Of a stretch of DNA of 64,000 bases, positions 37,440 to 51,079 are shown one piece after another. The notes beneath the pieces were generated by a model. The model had not been told where the DNA came from, did no database searches, and saw only the letters and a program-made list of their open reading frames with translations. Numbering within the stretch: position 1 is the first letter of the stretch; each line of letters starts with the position of its first letter. The position numbers and the translations under genes are program-made. Origin of the DNA: Felis catus (lineage: Eukaryota); NCBI RefSeq assembly GCF_018350175.1, contig NC_058368.1, positions 37,574,001-37,638,000 on the forward strand. Reading direction: 5' to 3'.

Positions 37440-37840
37440 TGTCAAATTGTCAATTATCCAATGTGTCACACTCCCTTTCAGCCCCTTATCCAATCCATTA
37501 TGATTTCAATCTATGTTACCTCCTAAGTAGCTATTATACTGATTCACTTTATTGTATCTTCACAGTAAGTCTAGTCTAAATTAATATTCTTAATTTCATG
37601 GACTACTCTAGGTCCCTGAATTGATGTCTCTGCAGGTACTAGCTTTACAATCCAATTGATTATCCTTAATGCAGCTAGTGTTGTATTTTCAGATTACACA
37701 CTGATAATGTCATATCCAATTGAATTCCAGAGCCTTTTCATTCTTCTTAAGGTAAAACCTAACACTTTTAAGATAAGAGCTAATTGTTCTGAGTTCTTGC
37801 CTTCAAGTTTTATTTCATAAAGTTTTATCTTTTTTATTTC
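37440..37840 (+). mobile_element. L2 fragment
   Basis: atccaatccatt.., aatgcagctagtgttgtattttcagattacacactgataatgtca L2-like; diverged. Confidence 0.45.
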
Positions 37841-37852
37841 ATGTACTCAAAC

Positions 37853-37980
37853 TAGTGGCATGTTGGAAATGGTTAACAGAAGCTTTCTGGGAGAAATGAT
37901 ACAATGTTTTATAATATTTAATGATTTCTGTGATGTGAATTCTCCCACTTTGGCTGGTATTCAGCTAATGTGACATCAAT
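37853..37980. mobile_element. MER63A-like hAT fragment
   Basis: agtggcatgttggaaatggttaacag...gatttctgtgatgtgaattctcccactttggctggtattcagcta matches MER63A as remembered. Confidence 0.6.
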
Positions 37981-39338
37981 AAATTAAACATTGCAATAGA
38001 GAGCTTCAACAACACACTCAATGAAGCAAAATAAAGGATCAATGAACTAGAAGAAAGGAAATTTGAAATTATCCAATTTGAGGGTAAAAGAAAAAGAATG
38101 AACACAAATGAAGAAAGTCTACAGAACTTACACTGTATAACTATATAATACTACATAACTACATAATGCATAGTACTAGAAGACCTAACCAGAGCAAACA
38201 ATTAACAAAGATAAACAAAAGGCATGCATTTTTGAAGGGAAGAAGTAAAATTGTTTGTGTGTGCATATGACATGATATTATATATAGAGAAGCCAGTGAC
38301 TCCACCGAAAGGTGTTAGAGCAAATAAATGAATTAATTAAAGTTGCAGGATACAAAATCAACATACAAAAGTCAATTACAATTCTATACACAAACAACAA
38401 ATTATTGAAAAAAGAAATGAAGAAAACAATCCTGTTTAGTAGCATCAAAAACAGTAAAATACTTAGGAATAAATTTAACTCAGGAGGTAAAAGATCTATA
38501 CATGGAAAACTATAAGACATTGATGAGAGGAATTGAAGAAAACATGAATAAATGGAAAAATACCCTATGTTCATGGAGAAGAATTAATATTGCTAAAATG
38601 TCCAAGATATCCAAAGTCATCTATAGATTCAATGCAATCTTTATCAAGTTTCCAGTGATACTTGTAACATACACAAAACAATCCTCAAATTTGTATTGAA
38701 CCACACAAGATCTCTATTGCTGAAGCAATCCTGAGAAAGAACAAAGTTGGAGGCATCAAACATCCTGATTTCAAAGTATAGTACAAAGGTATAGCAATCA
38801 AAACAGTATGTTACTGGCATAAAAGTGACACATAGACCAAAGGAACAGAATCAAAAGGCCCAAAGTAAATCCATTCATGTACAGTCAACTAGCATTTGAC
38901 AAGGGAGCCAAGGGTATTCACTGGCAAAAAGACAGTTTCTTTAATAAATGATGCTGGGGAAACTAGGAATTTACATGCACAATATTGAAACTGTACCACT
39001 ATCTTACACTGTTCACAAAAATGTACTCAAAATGAATTAAAGACTTAAATTTAAGACTTGAAACCATAAAACTGCTAGAAGAAAACATAGGGGAAAAGGT
39101 CATTCACATTGATGTTAGCAATGATTATATGTACAGGATACCAAAAGTATAAGAAACAAAAGCAAACTTAAACAAGTGGGGCTGCACAAACTGAAAAGCT
39201 TTTGCATAGCAAAGGAAATCATCAACAAAATGAAAAGGCCATGTACAGAATGGGAAAAATATTTTGAAACATATCTGGTAGGGAGTTAAAATCCAAAATA
39301 TATAAGGAACTCATAGAACTCAAGAGGAAAATACAAAG

Positions 39339-39565
39339 GGGGCGCCTGGGTGGCGCAGTCGGTTAAGCGTCCGGCTTCAGCCAGGTCACGATCTCGCGGT
39401 CCGTGAGTTCGAGCCCCGCGTCAGGCTCTGGGCTGATGGCTCAGAGCCTGGAGCCTGTTTCCGATTCTGTGTCTCCCTCTCTCTCTGCCCCTCCCCCGTT
39501 CATGCTCTGTCTCTCTCTGTCCCAAAAATAAATAAACGTTGGGGAAAAAAAATTAAAAAAAAAAA
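39339..39565 (+). mobile_element. Can-SINE, young SINEC_Fc type
   Basis: Perfect 17-bp TSD aagaggaaaatacaaag 39322-38 / 39566-82. Confidence 0.98.
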
Positions 39566-39891
39566 AAGAGGAAAATACAAAGAATCCAAATTTTTAAAAA
39601 TGGACAAAGTACCTGAATAGACATTTTTCAAGGCAGACATCCAAATGATCAAGACGTACAAAGATATGGTCAACGTCACTATTCATTAGGGAAATGAAAA
39701 ACAAATCCACAATGAATTATTACTTCAATTCTGTAAGAATGCCATTATCAAAAAGACAAAAAATAACAAGCACTGGTAAGGATGTGGAGAAAAGGGAGGC
39801 CTTGTGCCCTATTTGTGGGATTGTAAATTGGTACAGCCACCATGGAAAACAGTATGGAGCTTCCTCAGAAAATTAAAAATGGAAGTACTAC

Positions 39892-40055
39892 GGGCGCGCC
39901 TGGGTGGCTCCGTCGGTTAAGGGTCCAACTTCGCTCAAGTCCTGAATTCATGGTTCATGACTTTGAGCCGTGTGTTGGGCTCTGGGCTGACAGCTTGGAG
40001 TCTGGAGCCTGCCTCAGATTCTGTGTCTCCCTCTCTCTCTGCCCTTTCCCCACTC

Positions 40056-40092
<37 letters not shown>

Positions 40093-40110
40093 TAAATAAA
40101 CATAAAAAAA
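39892..40110 (+). mobile_element. Can-SINE
   Basis: Head, CT tract, tail; TSD core gaagtacta. Confidence 0.94.
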
Positions 40111-40754
40111 TTTAGAAGTACTAGGTCATCCAGCGATTCTATCCAAAGGGAGTGAAATCGTTATCTCAAAGAAATATATGCACACCCATGTTCACTAGAG
40201 CATTACTTATAATAACTAAAACATGGAAACAACACATGTGTCTATCAAAGAATAAATAAAGAAAATGTGGTATGTGCACACACACACACACACACAATGG
40301 TATTTTATTCAGCCATGAAAATAAAAGGAAATCCTGCCATTTGAATAACATGGATGAATCTTGTGGGCATTATACTAAGTGTAAGAAGTTACACAGAGAA
40401 AGACGTACAGTGTATGATCTCACTTAAATGCGAGATTAAAAAACAAAACAGAAACACCTAAGAGAAACAGAGAGCAGATTGATGGTTACCAGGCGTGGGG
40501 AGCTTGTGGGGGAAATGAATGGAAGTGGTCAAAGAGTATAAACTTCCATTTATAAGATGAGTAATTTCTGGAATGTTTTATACAGTATAATGATGATAGT
40601 TAGCAATACTGTATTATATATTTGAAAGTTACTAAGAGATTGGATCTTAAGAGTTCTCATCACACACACACACCCACATACACACACAAATTGTAACTGT
40701 GTGAAGTAATAGATGTGTTAATTAATTTTACTGTGGTAGTCATTTTGCAACATA

Positions 40755-41256
40755 CAGTTGGCCCCCACTTTACAGTGGTTCGACTTATGATTTTTTTTTT
40801 GAATTTGTGATGGCGTGAAAGCTATGTACATTCAGTAGAAACCACACTTTGAATTTTGAATTTCGATCTTTTCCTGGTCTATGTAGTAGGATTCTCTCTC
40901 ATGATGCTGGGCATGGCAGAGAGCTGCAGGTTCCAGTTAGCCATGTGATCATGTGGGTAAACCACTGAAACACTTACAACCATTCTGTGTCTGTACAACC
41001 GTTCTCTGCTTCACTTTCAGTACAGTATTCATAAATTACACGAGGTGTTCGAAACCTTACTGTTAAATAGGATTTGTGTTAGGCGATTTTGCCCAGCAGT
41101 AGGCTAATATAAGTGTTCTGGGCATGTTCGAGTAGGCTAGGCTAAGCTGTGGTGTTTGATGGGTTAGGTGTATTAGATGCATTTTAGAGTTATGATATTT
41201 TCAATTTACAACACGTTTACTGGGATATAATCCCATTTTAAGTTGGAGAAGTTCTG
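40755..41256 (-). mobile_element. MER47/Tigger5-type TcMar DNA transposon
   Basis: TA|CAG...CTG|TA ends (TA TSD); gtaggctaggctaagct..ttaggtgtatta.atgcatttt body as in MER47A. Confidence 0.85.
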
Positions 41257-41467
41257 TATACGTATTTCACATCATTTCTTTGCATACTTTAAACTTACAT
41301 GACATTATATGTCCATTATATTTCAGTAAAACTGGAAACAAATTATGAAAGATGTAGAGTTAGGAAGAGATGCTCACTATTTCTGCTCCTTTGCACAATT
41401 GGTGTCGAAAACTCAGGGTCTTTGTGCATGCTGTTTCCTAGGCTCAGACCTCTATTCATTCATCATC

Positions 41468-41664
41468 TTTTTAAAACAAGTTTGTTTATTTATTTATTCT
41501 CAGGGAGAAAGAGAGAATGCAAGCAAAGGAAGGACAGAGAGGGAGAAAGAATCCTAAGCAGGCTCTGCACTGTTGGCATATATCGTGCTCACGACCCATG
41601 AGATCATGACCTGAGCTGAAATAAAGAGTCAGACGCTTAACCAACTGAGCCACCCAGGCTCCCT
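41468..41664 (-). mobile_element. Can-SINE (older)
   Basis: gagatcatgacctgagctgaaataaagagtcagacgcttaaccaactgagccacccagg. Confidence 0.92.
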
Positions 41665-42899
41665 CCCTGGGAGGGAGCATCCAATGTGCAAAAAATTACC
41701 TTTCTTTGACACTTTGCCTAGCGTGGAAAAAAACAATTCAAATTGCAATTATCATTAGGGACTGTCCAAATGCTCCTAAGCCAGATAGGAATTTTAGAAT
41801 AAATAAGATTCTCCTCAATCACATATGTGATAAATGCTATGAATTGGCATTCTTAATATCCATTCAATCCTTCTTTTAGTTACTGTGTTTAGATATCTAA
41901 AATTACATGTTTTAATCTCTACACTAGAGTTCTGTGTATAAATTTCTCTCCTCTCACAAAATACACGCTGTGAGTTTGGGAATGCAAAGTTGAGTTTGAG
42001 GCCATCTGTGTTGATGTTATCGAGCAAAGGTATGAATATATGGGTGCTGAGAGGCGGTTTTACTGGCCAGAGCCCACATTTTTCGATCTACTTATCAGCT
42101 CATGGTTATGTAATATAGTCATAGCTGCACAAGTAGCTAGAGATTCCTGACCTTCAGATTACGGCTCGTGTGATGTCTCCCTGGACAGTAGAGTCCTTCA
42201 GTGACCACAGACTTTAGCTCTGCAAGTGTTTAAATCTTCATCGTTAACTCTCTGATTTCCACATATAGAGGAACCTCTCTTCCCTTCCATGAACATTAAG
42301 TGACTCATACTCCGAGGGCCCCATTTCTGCTCCTGTACGTTTATTAATAATCTCTTGTTTACAGACAATAGTAGTCAGCTGGATTCTGAATTGACTAAAA
42401 GTGGAACTGTAATGGTTTCAATATGAGCACCACCTTGTTACACCTCACGTTTATGCATGTTTTTCACTGTTGTGTGCTTTTTCCTTCTTGGTTTTTGTTT
42501 TCTCCCTCATCGCAGAACTTCATTTTCTGCTTCCTACTCTGCATGTCTTAAAAAGAAGTGATGTGTCCTAAAGTGGCACATCTTGTGTTTGAATATTAAT
42601 CAGACTGAGACTGGAGTTTTTAGTTCCCACTCCAAAGTCATAGTTAAGAAATTGCTTGTAGAGTCCAGTCAAAAGTGGCCAGTGGGACAAGGTACATGGG
42701 AGAAAATAATTGCTAAGCGTCCAACATAACCATGTATATCTAGGTAAAGACTTGTTTCTAGAAAACCAAAAGTATTATAAGCTTGGTAGCTTCTCCAGAT
42801 ATGGCTCGCTCACCATAACTGCCACAGAATAACTATAATTTACTTTAACATATTTTCTCAATTCTAAATTGCATGTTTAACAATAGCGTTACTTTTCAA

Positions 42900-43180
42900 A
42901 TTTTATGACATTGGGATGTCTTAAAATAATGCCAAAAAACAGCTGACACAGTTTTCCAATGTGGCGGTAACATTTTATGTTCCCACCTGCAGTGTTTTTG
43001 AGTTTCAATTGATCCATATGCTCAGTAAGATAATAGCCTTTTTTTGTCTTTTTCTTTTTAGCTATTTGGTGGGTGTGTTGCCTTGTGTTATTAACTTGTA
43101 GTTTTCTGATAATGGTTAATGTGGAGCATCTTTGCATACACTTTTTGACCATTTGATTAACTTGAATTTAAATCTATGTC
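42900..43180 (-). mobile_element. Old L1 ORF2-end fragment
   Basis: gttttccaatgtggcggtaacattttatgttcccacc.gcagtg.., ctgataatggttaatgtggagcatcttt. Confidence 0.75.
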
Positions 43181-43397
43181 CAATTATTGCTTAAAATGTC
43201 TTCATAATATTAAACTGATGCAGCATTTGAAAGTAAAGTTATTGTTCTTCCATTTGCTTGTCTACAAATGCCCGATGAAGTAATTAAAGGCTATAGAAAT
43301 CACCAATTTTTTCATAACTATAGAACATAGCATTTAAAGCTAAGAGTGGTAGATCTCACTGATTGTGTGTTGTGGAGAACTGTCACACTTCTGATTT

Positions 43398-43613
43398 TTA
43401 AAAAAAAATTAACATTTATTCATTTTTGAGAGTGAGGGAGACAGAGCATGAGTGGGGAAGGGGCAGAGAGAGAGGGAGACACTAAATCCAAAGCAGGCTT
43501 TGGGCTCCCAGCTGTCAGCACAGAGTCTGATGCGGGGATCGAACTCATGAACTGTGAGATCATGACTTGAGCCAAAGTCGGATGCTTAACTGACTGAGCC
43601 ACCCAGGCGTCCC
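43398..43613 (-). mobile_element. Can-SINE
   Basis: Antisense head; TSD t(g/a)tcacact(t/c)ctga. Confidence 0.95.
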
Positions 43614-43879
43614 TATCACACTCCTGAAATTTGTCTTTCAGAAAATTTCCCCTATGAGTTTTATGGATTTATTTAAACTTATGATCACAAGACTTAAATT
43701 GTCAAATTATACTACCCGTCAGTCACACATGTTTTCCAGTAAAATGTCCCTACTCTTTGAGAAAATTATTTCATGCCTTTTTTTTTTAACTGATACCCTC
43801 ATGTGCCCTTTCCTACTATTTACTCCTGGCTAATGAACACCCCTCAGAGCCTATGAAAAAAATCAGAATGATGTCATCA

Positions 43880-44440
43880 CTGTCAACTGCAGAGTATGTG
43901 AGTGACCTAAAATCTATCAGACATTTACACCCTTATGTTCTATATTGCTGCATCTTTCTCCTGACTGACTAGGCAAACGACCTTGAAAACCTCAAATATT
44001 TATCCCTCAGCTTGTGATTAGGAGTATATCCCTGTGTTTCTGCTTAAAGACTGCTCTTCAGTTGTCTTCCTCTTTCCTGCACAGTTACTTGTTCTCTATT
44101 AGATTATTACATAAGGTACATGGGAATGTGCTATTATCATCCATCATTAGAAATCTTCTTAATTCTACAATAATCTCCATTTATTTTTCTTTCTCACTTT
44201 CTCATATTAAAAACCACTTCTATCAGGCTTATACCCCCTAAAGCCCTTCCCCAAATGAATTTGATCTTGTGAAGATCAACAGTGACTTCCATTTGCCATT
44301 TTTATGGATACCACTGTCTTCTCGTCTTACTCAACCATTCACTGTATTCCACACAGTGGACCTCCTTATAGATGCACTTTTCCTTTTTGACTTCCATAAT
44401 ACCAGTCACTTTTTTGTTTGTCTGCTTTGTGTTCAAATGT
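43880..44440 (+). mobile_element. L2 fragment
   Basis: cttgtgaagatcaacagtgacttccatttgcca..tcttactcaacc..ttccacacagtggacc..gacttccataatacc L2 RT region. Confidence 0.65.
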
Positions 44441-46402
44441 CCCTTTATATGTAAACAGTTCTTGTCCTCTAGGAGAAGGCTTTTATCAAAATATTTTTTG
44501 TACACAGTGCCAAAAGAGTTGAAAAATATATAAGCAGTCAAATATATATTTGGTATGATGTAGTCAAAAGCAAAAATTGCCACTTAATAAGCCGAATTTT
44601 ATTGATTCTGTCACTCAATTAGTAGGTTAACTATTTGGGTTAAAAGAATGTATTTAGGTATGGACAGGAAAATATTGTCCCAAATAGATATTTGTCAAGG
44701 CCAAAACAACAAACCAATAGTATTAGTGACTAGCACGTAAATACATGTTGAAATTATTAACATATTAAGTGTTTAATATTTATGTTTTATAGTAGTCTTT
44801 ACAAACAAGCCAAACACAAAAGTGATAATTTTTTTCATGTGATTAGAAAATCTTGATTTTTGCAAAATAGAAAAGCATTTTCTACAAAATAACTGTAGGA
44901 GAGAAGAAATTAAAGGGCTTTTTTCAAATTAATAATCAACTTTTAGATAGCATCCAAAATATTGATTTTAAATCGCCTTATTTTCCCTACCATTTTCTTG
45001 TTTTTGCTGTTGTTTTTTGTTTGTTTGTTTGTTTGTTTTTTCCTATCAGCTTGTGGGCTGTTTAGTATTGGGTGAAAGAATAAACATTTTCTATTGGGCC
45101 TACAGATGATATGAGTAGACAGTTCCCAAACTGAGTGGCCCAGTACTCAAACTAGAACTTAAGACAAACATGGCCGTTAAATGGGGCAGCTTATGTGATG
45201 ATACATAACACTAGTCCGTTCTGAAGGTGTTCAGATTTGTGTGACTAGGAACTAATTTAATTTGAATAATTCAAAATATTTCCTAATGTCAATGACTACA
45301 ATATCACTGACTATCTTTTACCTATAGAAATGTCATATTTCAGTTAAGCTGTGTTTGTGTTTTGGCTGGGGTACGAGTAAGAAGCAAGGTCAATATTGAA
45401 TAGTTCTTAGAAAACATGATCTCCTTACTTTACTGAATTCCAATATCTTATCACAAAAAGAGAGTATAAATGCAGCAATGATAAAATGGAATTTATCACC
45501 ACAGGATTTTATGGTTTCCTTCCTTTCTTTTCACTTCCTTTTCCTTCCTTATTTCCTCCTCCCATCGTAATCTCCCAACAGCATCTTATTCTTGCTTCTC
45601 CTTTACATGTATTTCTTCTTTCCCAACTTCTTACCAGACCTCTTTTACAACAGTGTACCAAAAGGACTTCAACTGATAATTTACAGAGATCACCCATCAG
45701 ACAAGTACAGTCAGTATGAACAGTGAAAGCTTTGGTATACATTTTTATGTGCTTCCCTGCTCTGGACACTTTCTGTAACCACCTGTGAGCCTGTATAGCC
45801 CCATTTGGCTTTAAGCCTATGTTAAAGAAACTTAAGCAATTACAACCCTTGCTTTATTTTCTCTCCTCATTCACTCTTGAAAGTAGGGCTGGCATTATTT
45901 TTTCTCACTTTCTAAATTTCCAGAGAAGAGTTTGCATGTAACATTTGTTCTTTCTTTCCTGGGCCATCCTGATTGTCCATTAGCTTCTAAGTGTGACGCC
46001 TCCCCAGCCTTGTCTTACCACATCATTTGCATTAGAGAATTAAAAAAGACAACATCCAAGAGTAGCAAATTGGGAAGAAAGACATTTTTCCACCTTCAGA
46101 TTTTTTCATAATACCCTCACACTTTTCACTAAATTCTCCAAATTTATCCTAGAATATCTCCTTTCATTCTTAATATCAAATGTTCTGCAAATACATATTC
46201 TTTCCCGGAGTCCATGGTAAGAAGAGTATTAGCTGACATGTATATAGTGTTAGCAAGCATAGTTGTAAGGAAATTAAATGTATATTAATTCAATCCATCA
46301 TTTACTTATTATAAGGGCAAGCTCAGAATAGAGTACCATACATGTAGAATTCTATACAGCTGGGCTTCTGTTTAACACTGCAAAATTCCAGAGGCTACAG
46401 AA

Positions 46403-46564
46403 ATAAGGAAAGAAAGAAGGAAAGAAGGAAGGAAGGAAATTAGGAGGGAAGGGAAGAAGGAAGGAAGGAAGGAAGGAAGGAAGGAAGGAAGGAAGGAAGG
46501 AAGGGAGGGAGGGAGGGAGGGAGGAAGGAAGGAAGGAAGGAAGGAAGGAAGGAAAGAAAGAAAG

Positions 46565-46607
<43 letters not shown>

Positions 46608-46623
46608 AGGAAGGAAGGAAGGA

Positions 46624-46683
<60 letters not shown>

Positions 46684-46710
46684 AAAAGAAAAAAGAAAGG
46701 AAGAAAGAAA
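46403..46710. repeat. Compound (GGAA)n/(GGGA)n/(GAAA)n polypurine microsatellite
   Basis: Directly visible, about 300 bp. Confidence 0.97.
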
Positions 46711-47514
46711 AGGCTCCTTTGCAAGTGATGAATGATAAATGATGCTATTTGTTCATTTCCTGATATATTGAGATCAACCACAGTCAAACTTGTGCAAAAT
46801 ATGATTCTGCTGATACTCCAATTAACCTAAAAAAGATGATGAATGGCATAAAAACCTGTGTATATCCTAAATGACTGATTCAGAGTTCCTGCACTGTTTC
46901 ATGAAGTCTCATTTTTAGTAGTAGTGTTATCAGTGCAACTGGTAAAGTCCCAAAGGAATTAAAATTTACCTACAAAATGTCTCCTTTAAAAAATAGTGTT
47001 TTCACCTCTTAAAAGCAAAATATTACTCGTTCTACAGTTTTCACCAATATATCCCTGAGGTTCTCATTTTACTGTTGGAAATATAAAGTCCTCAATATAG
47101 TAAAACATGATTTTATTCATTTTCTTGATCCCTTTGATGGCATATAATAATATTTTATTGATTTCTTTAAAAATAAGTGTAAGAAAAATGTAGCCAAGTA
47201 TTATGCAGTGCAATAATCTTGGTTCCTCCAAACAAGAATTCTGGTTTAAAGATTTGGAATAAACATTCTATATGAGTACCAATAAAATTCATGGAAATAT
47301 TACTTAAAGGTTAATGATTACCCCAAGGAAACCGTTACATAATATTTGTGAAAGTTAGTTTACAAATATCAAGCTTGTAACTAATAACTAGATGAGATTT
47401 GTGACAGTATGTGCCCTTTAAAAAGTTAAAAAACAAAAACGCTCCCCCTTTCCTCCATGTGTGTATGAGTGTGTGTGGCATATAAACATCCAACATACCT
47501 ATGAAGTAGTTCTT

Positions 47515-47723
47515 GGGGTGCCTGGGTGGCTCAGTCAGTTAAGTATCTGACTCTTGATTTCAGCTTAAGCCATGCTTTCATGGTTTGGTTCATGAGTTCG
47601 AGCCTTGTGCCAGGCTCTGCACTGACAGCTTGGAATTTCATGTCTCCCCCTCTCTCTGCCACTCCCCTGCTTACTCTCTCTCTCTCTCCCTCAAAAATAA
47701 ATAAACAAACATTAAAAAAAAAG
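47515..47723 (+). mobile_element. Can-SINE (older)
   Basis: Head/CT/tail; TSD gaa(g/a)tagttctt. Confidence 0.94.
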
Positions 47724-49071
47724 GAAATAGTTCTTTTCCAAAGGCTTTTAGTCACACTCTATTTGGGTAAATTGATACTTTAAAAATTATCCTATTGCAA
47801 AATCTGAGTATTTTTCAGAAAGAATTGTCATGGATTTACTACATAACCTATATTCACTGAGATATTTCCTATTGCTCAGGAATAAGCTATTAGGTAGAAC
47901 CTCAGTTGTGAACCAAGACATCATTATTGTTTGGGAATATAGACTTCTCAGATTTTATAAAAATGACTTAACTGACTATTCTCCTAAATAACTTCTAACT
48001 TGAAGACCGTGGTGAAATAAAGATTTTTGGGGAAAGATTATCTGTGCTATGAAGGGTAAGCCTAGTGGACTTACCCAATCCCTTATGAGAAGTTCATCCT
48101 TCCACTCTTCCCAGAATCATGATTATTGAGTGCTTCTCAAAGATACTTAGCCACAAATAACATGAATACTTTCAAGAAAGAAGGCAGACTTTTCCATAAC
48201 TTCCCATGCTGAGCTATAGCATTATTAATCATGATCTGAATAAAATTGAAAGGAGAGTCAAATATGTAGCCACTATATTGACCCCAGAGAAAGTTGTCTC
48301 CTTATAATCCAGGGAGACCCAATAATGCAGGTTACACTAGCTTGCAACGGATCATGCATGAGCATTGAGAACATGAAAAAAAAAGCCTCCCTCCACCTCC
48401 AGTTCAATTTTATCCTCTTTGAGGAAGAGGGAAGGCATGGACTAAGGGGTTGCCCAGGCTGTCACCAGTTGAGATGGTCTACTTTGAGAGCAGTCTTCGG
48501 GACAAAGACAATTGATAAAGGTTGAGAGAGGGGCAGCCATCCATATCTGAGAGGTCCTCAGAATAGAAACTTTATATGGATGTTTCTTTTAGAATGGTAT
48601 AAAATATCCTAGGAAGGATGCTTAGCACAAAACTAGCATCCCATGAATATTAGTTGTTAGTTCTTTTACACTTTTCTTTGTACATTCTGCTGACAATATC
48701 ATTCTGCCTTACTACAGATGTAACTTTATAAAAAGTTCATGTATATTCTGTGATAGTGAATTTTCTGAATAGACCCTCAGTCTGCCATTAAAATATCAGA
48801 CTTCATTGAAAGATATATTTGGAGGACGTTTAATTATTAATATTGGATATAAGATAATACTAAAAATGTTTAAAAATAATTTAATGTTATAAACTATTTG
48901 ATAAGCTAGTGCTACATGACTTCACTGTATGAACAATATTCTATCCATACTCTTTTTCAACTTATTCAATTTGCATATATGAAAAAGAAGTATTATTGAT
49001 TTTACGATGATGGAAATTCTGATTTTAAAAAACTTCAGAAAATGTTCTTTTATTAACAAAAGCTGAGGCAG

Positions 49072-49784
49072 TATATTAGTTAGCAAGGCTGCCATTAAAA
49101 AGGATACAATACTACTGTGGTTAAATAAGACAGAATTTTTTTCCTCCCTCACGTAAGAGCCCAGAGGCAAACACATGGTCTGGGGTGGGTTAGTAACCGT
49201 GACCCACATAGTGATTCAACCATCCAGGCTGGGAGAATATCCTCTCATCTTTTTTTTTTTTTTTAGCTTATTTATTTTTGAGAGAGAGTATGAGCAGAGG
49301 AGCAGCAGAGAGAGAGGAAGAGAGAGAATCCCAAGCAGGCTGTATGTTGTCAGCGCAGAGCCCAATGTGGGGCTCAATCTCACTAACTGTGAGATCATGA
49401 CCTGAGCCCCAAAACAAGAGTCGGATGCTTAACTGACTGAGCCACCCAGGCACCCCCAGCTTCCAGCTTCTTTCTGACTTCTGTGTCAAAGCCTATGGTG
49501 GCTGCTTCAATTATTACCACTCCCTTAGTAGGAAAGAAAAAAAAAAGAAGGTAATCATTCTCCTCATAAAATATGAACATAAATTTGTACACATTATTTC
49601 TGCTCACATTCCATTGTTGAAAATTTAGTCATAGGGCTATAGCTAGTGGAAGGGCAGCTGGAAAAATGTAGATTATAGCTAGACTGTCAAGTGCCCAGCT
49701 AAAACTCAAAGGCAGGAGGTTTTTATTTCCGAATGGAAGAGGGGAGAAATGATTTCTAGTGGACAGCTTGCTGTCTCTTCCATA
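49072..49784 (-). mobile_element. MLT1J-like LTR interrupted by SINE
   Basis: ttctgctcacattccattg..aatttagtcat..agctggaaaaatgtag..gtgcccagctaaaa MLT1J-like blocks. Confidence 0.75.
49250..49455 (-). mobile_element. Can-SINE
   Basis: PolyT, GA tract, antisense head ...gccacccaggcacccc. Confidence 0.94.
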
Positions 49785-49959
49785 TAGAATGCCCTTCAGA
49801 TCCCATGATTGGGTTTGTCACATTAAAGTTGCCACATTAATCCGCATGTAAATGCTACAGTGTAGACTGACTGCTTATTTGTAGAACACCACAAATATTT
49901 TAACAATCTACTTAGGTTTCTGGATAAAAATATTTCTAGGGCATTTATCAGTAGCTTTT

Positions 49960-50185
49960 TCTTTTTCTTTCTTTTTTTTTTTTTTAACATTTTTTCTTTT
50001 TGAGAGAGAGAGACAGAGCACAAGTGAGGGAGAAACAGAGAGAGAGGGAGACACAGAATCCGAAGCACGCTCCAGGCTCCAAGCTGTCAGCACAGAGCCT
50101 GACGAGGGGCTCCAACTCACAAACCGTGAGATCATGACCTGAGCCAAAGTCAGTCGCTTAACCAACTGAGCCACCCAGGCGCCCC
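49960..50185 (-). mobile_element. Can-SINE
   Basis: TSD ttatcagtagctttt 49945-59 / 50187-201. Confidence 0.96.
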
Positions 50186-51031
50186 ATTATCAGTAGCTTT
50201 TAAGAGATATTTTGCATTGAACGCTTTTGCCCAGCTTACAGATGAAGAAATTTCACTTTGTCAGAAGTTATACCTACCCATATAGTGTATGATAGTCAGA
50301 GAACAAACAGGGTTCTTTCTGGCTTAAAAATCAACTTTTGGTTTATCAGGATTTAAGTCATCATAGTTTTCAAAAAGAGCAAGAATTCATTATGTAATCA
50401 TAGTACCTCCTATACCCTTATCAGAGCAAACGTAACACGGAGTGAATATTAATGTTAAAGACAAAAATTTCTGAGAAACACTTAAAATGAGGGAGTAGAA
50501 TCATGAGCGTTTTTCAGCAGATTTCCCTCGTGGCATCCAGGAAAATCAGTAATTTATAGAAACATTTGTCTAAAGGAGTGTCTAACATTTAGACTGAAGC
50601 AAAGGAAGAAGCTTGTGTTAGAGAGTCCTAAGGACTGCTATGTAATATTTCAAATATTTCTCAACTACTATGTCTGTAAATAGATCACTCAGTTAAAACA
50701 CTCAAGCCCTTTACCTTTGGTGTTCAGACAGAAGGGACACGGCCTTTTTAAATTTGACTCCCACTTAGCATAAGGAGCAGGGAGGACTCTGTTCATGTCC
50801 CGATACTGGTTTTCACTCCTTTTCATTGTAGTCATGCTGTGTCCTTCTTGTCCTTCCCATTCCTGCCTATATAGTACCTGGTCTGAGGCTTGTAACTGAT
50901 CCCTGATTCCATATACTGTTTGATAGGCTATTAAAATTTGGATTCAAAAGCTTTACTACAAGAGTATGTGAGAAAATAGGTGGTTGTTTTTTAAGCCTGA
51001 GACACTTTTTCATTTTTATCTATTCTGTACA

Positions 51032-51033
<2 letters not shown>

Positions 51034-51077
<44 letters not shown>
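51034..51077. repeat. (TG)n microsatellite
   Basis: About 22 perfect units. Confidence 0.97.

Positions 51078-51079
<2 letters not shown>

Larger units (their letters stand above)
37981..41340 (+). mobile_element. L1 (L1MA-like): ORF1 scrap, ORF2 3' part and 3' UTR, interrupted by 2 SINEs and a Tigger
   Basis: ORF fragments LEQINELIKVAGYKINIQKS and ENYKTLMRGIEENMNKWKNTLCSW are L1 ORF2 RT region; 3' UTR to ~41340. Confidence 0.92.
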
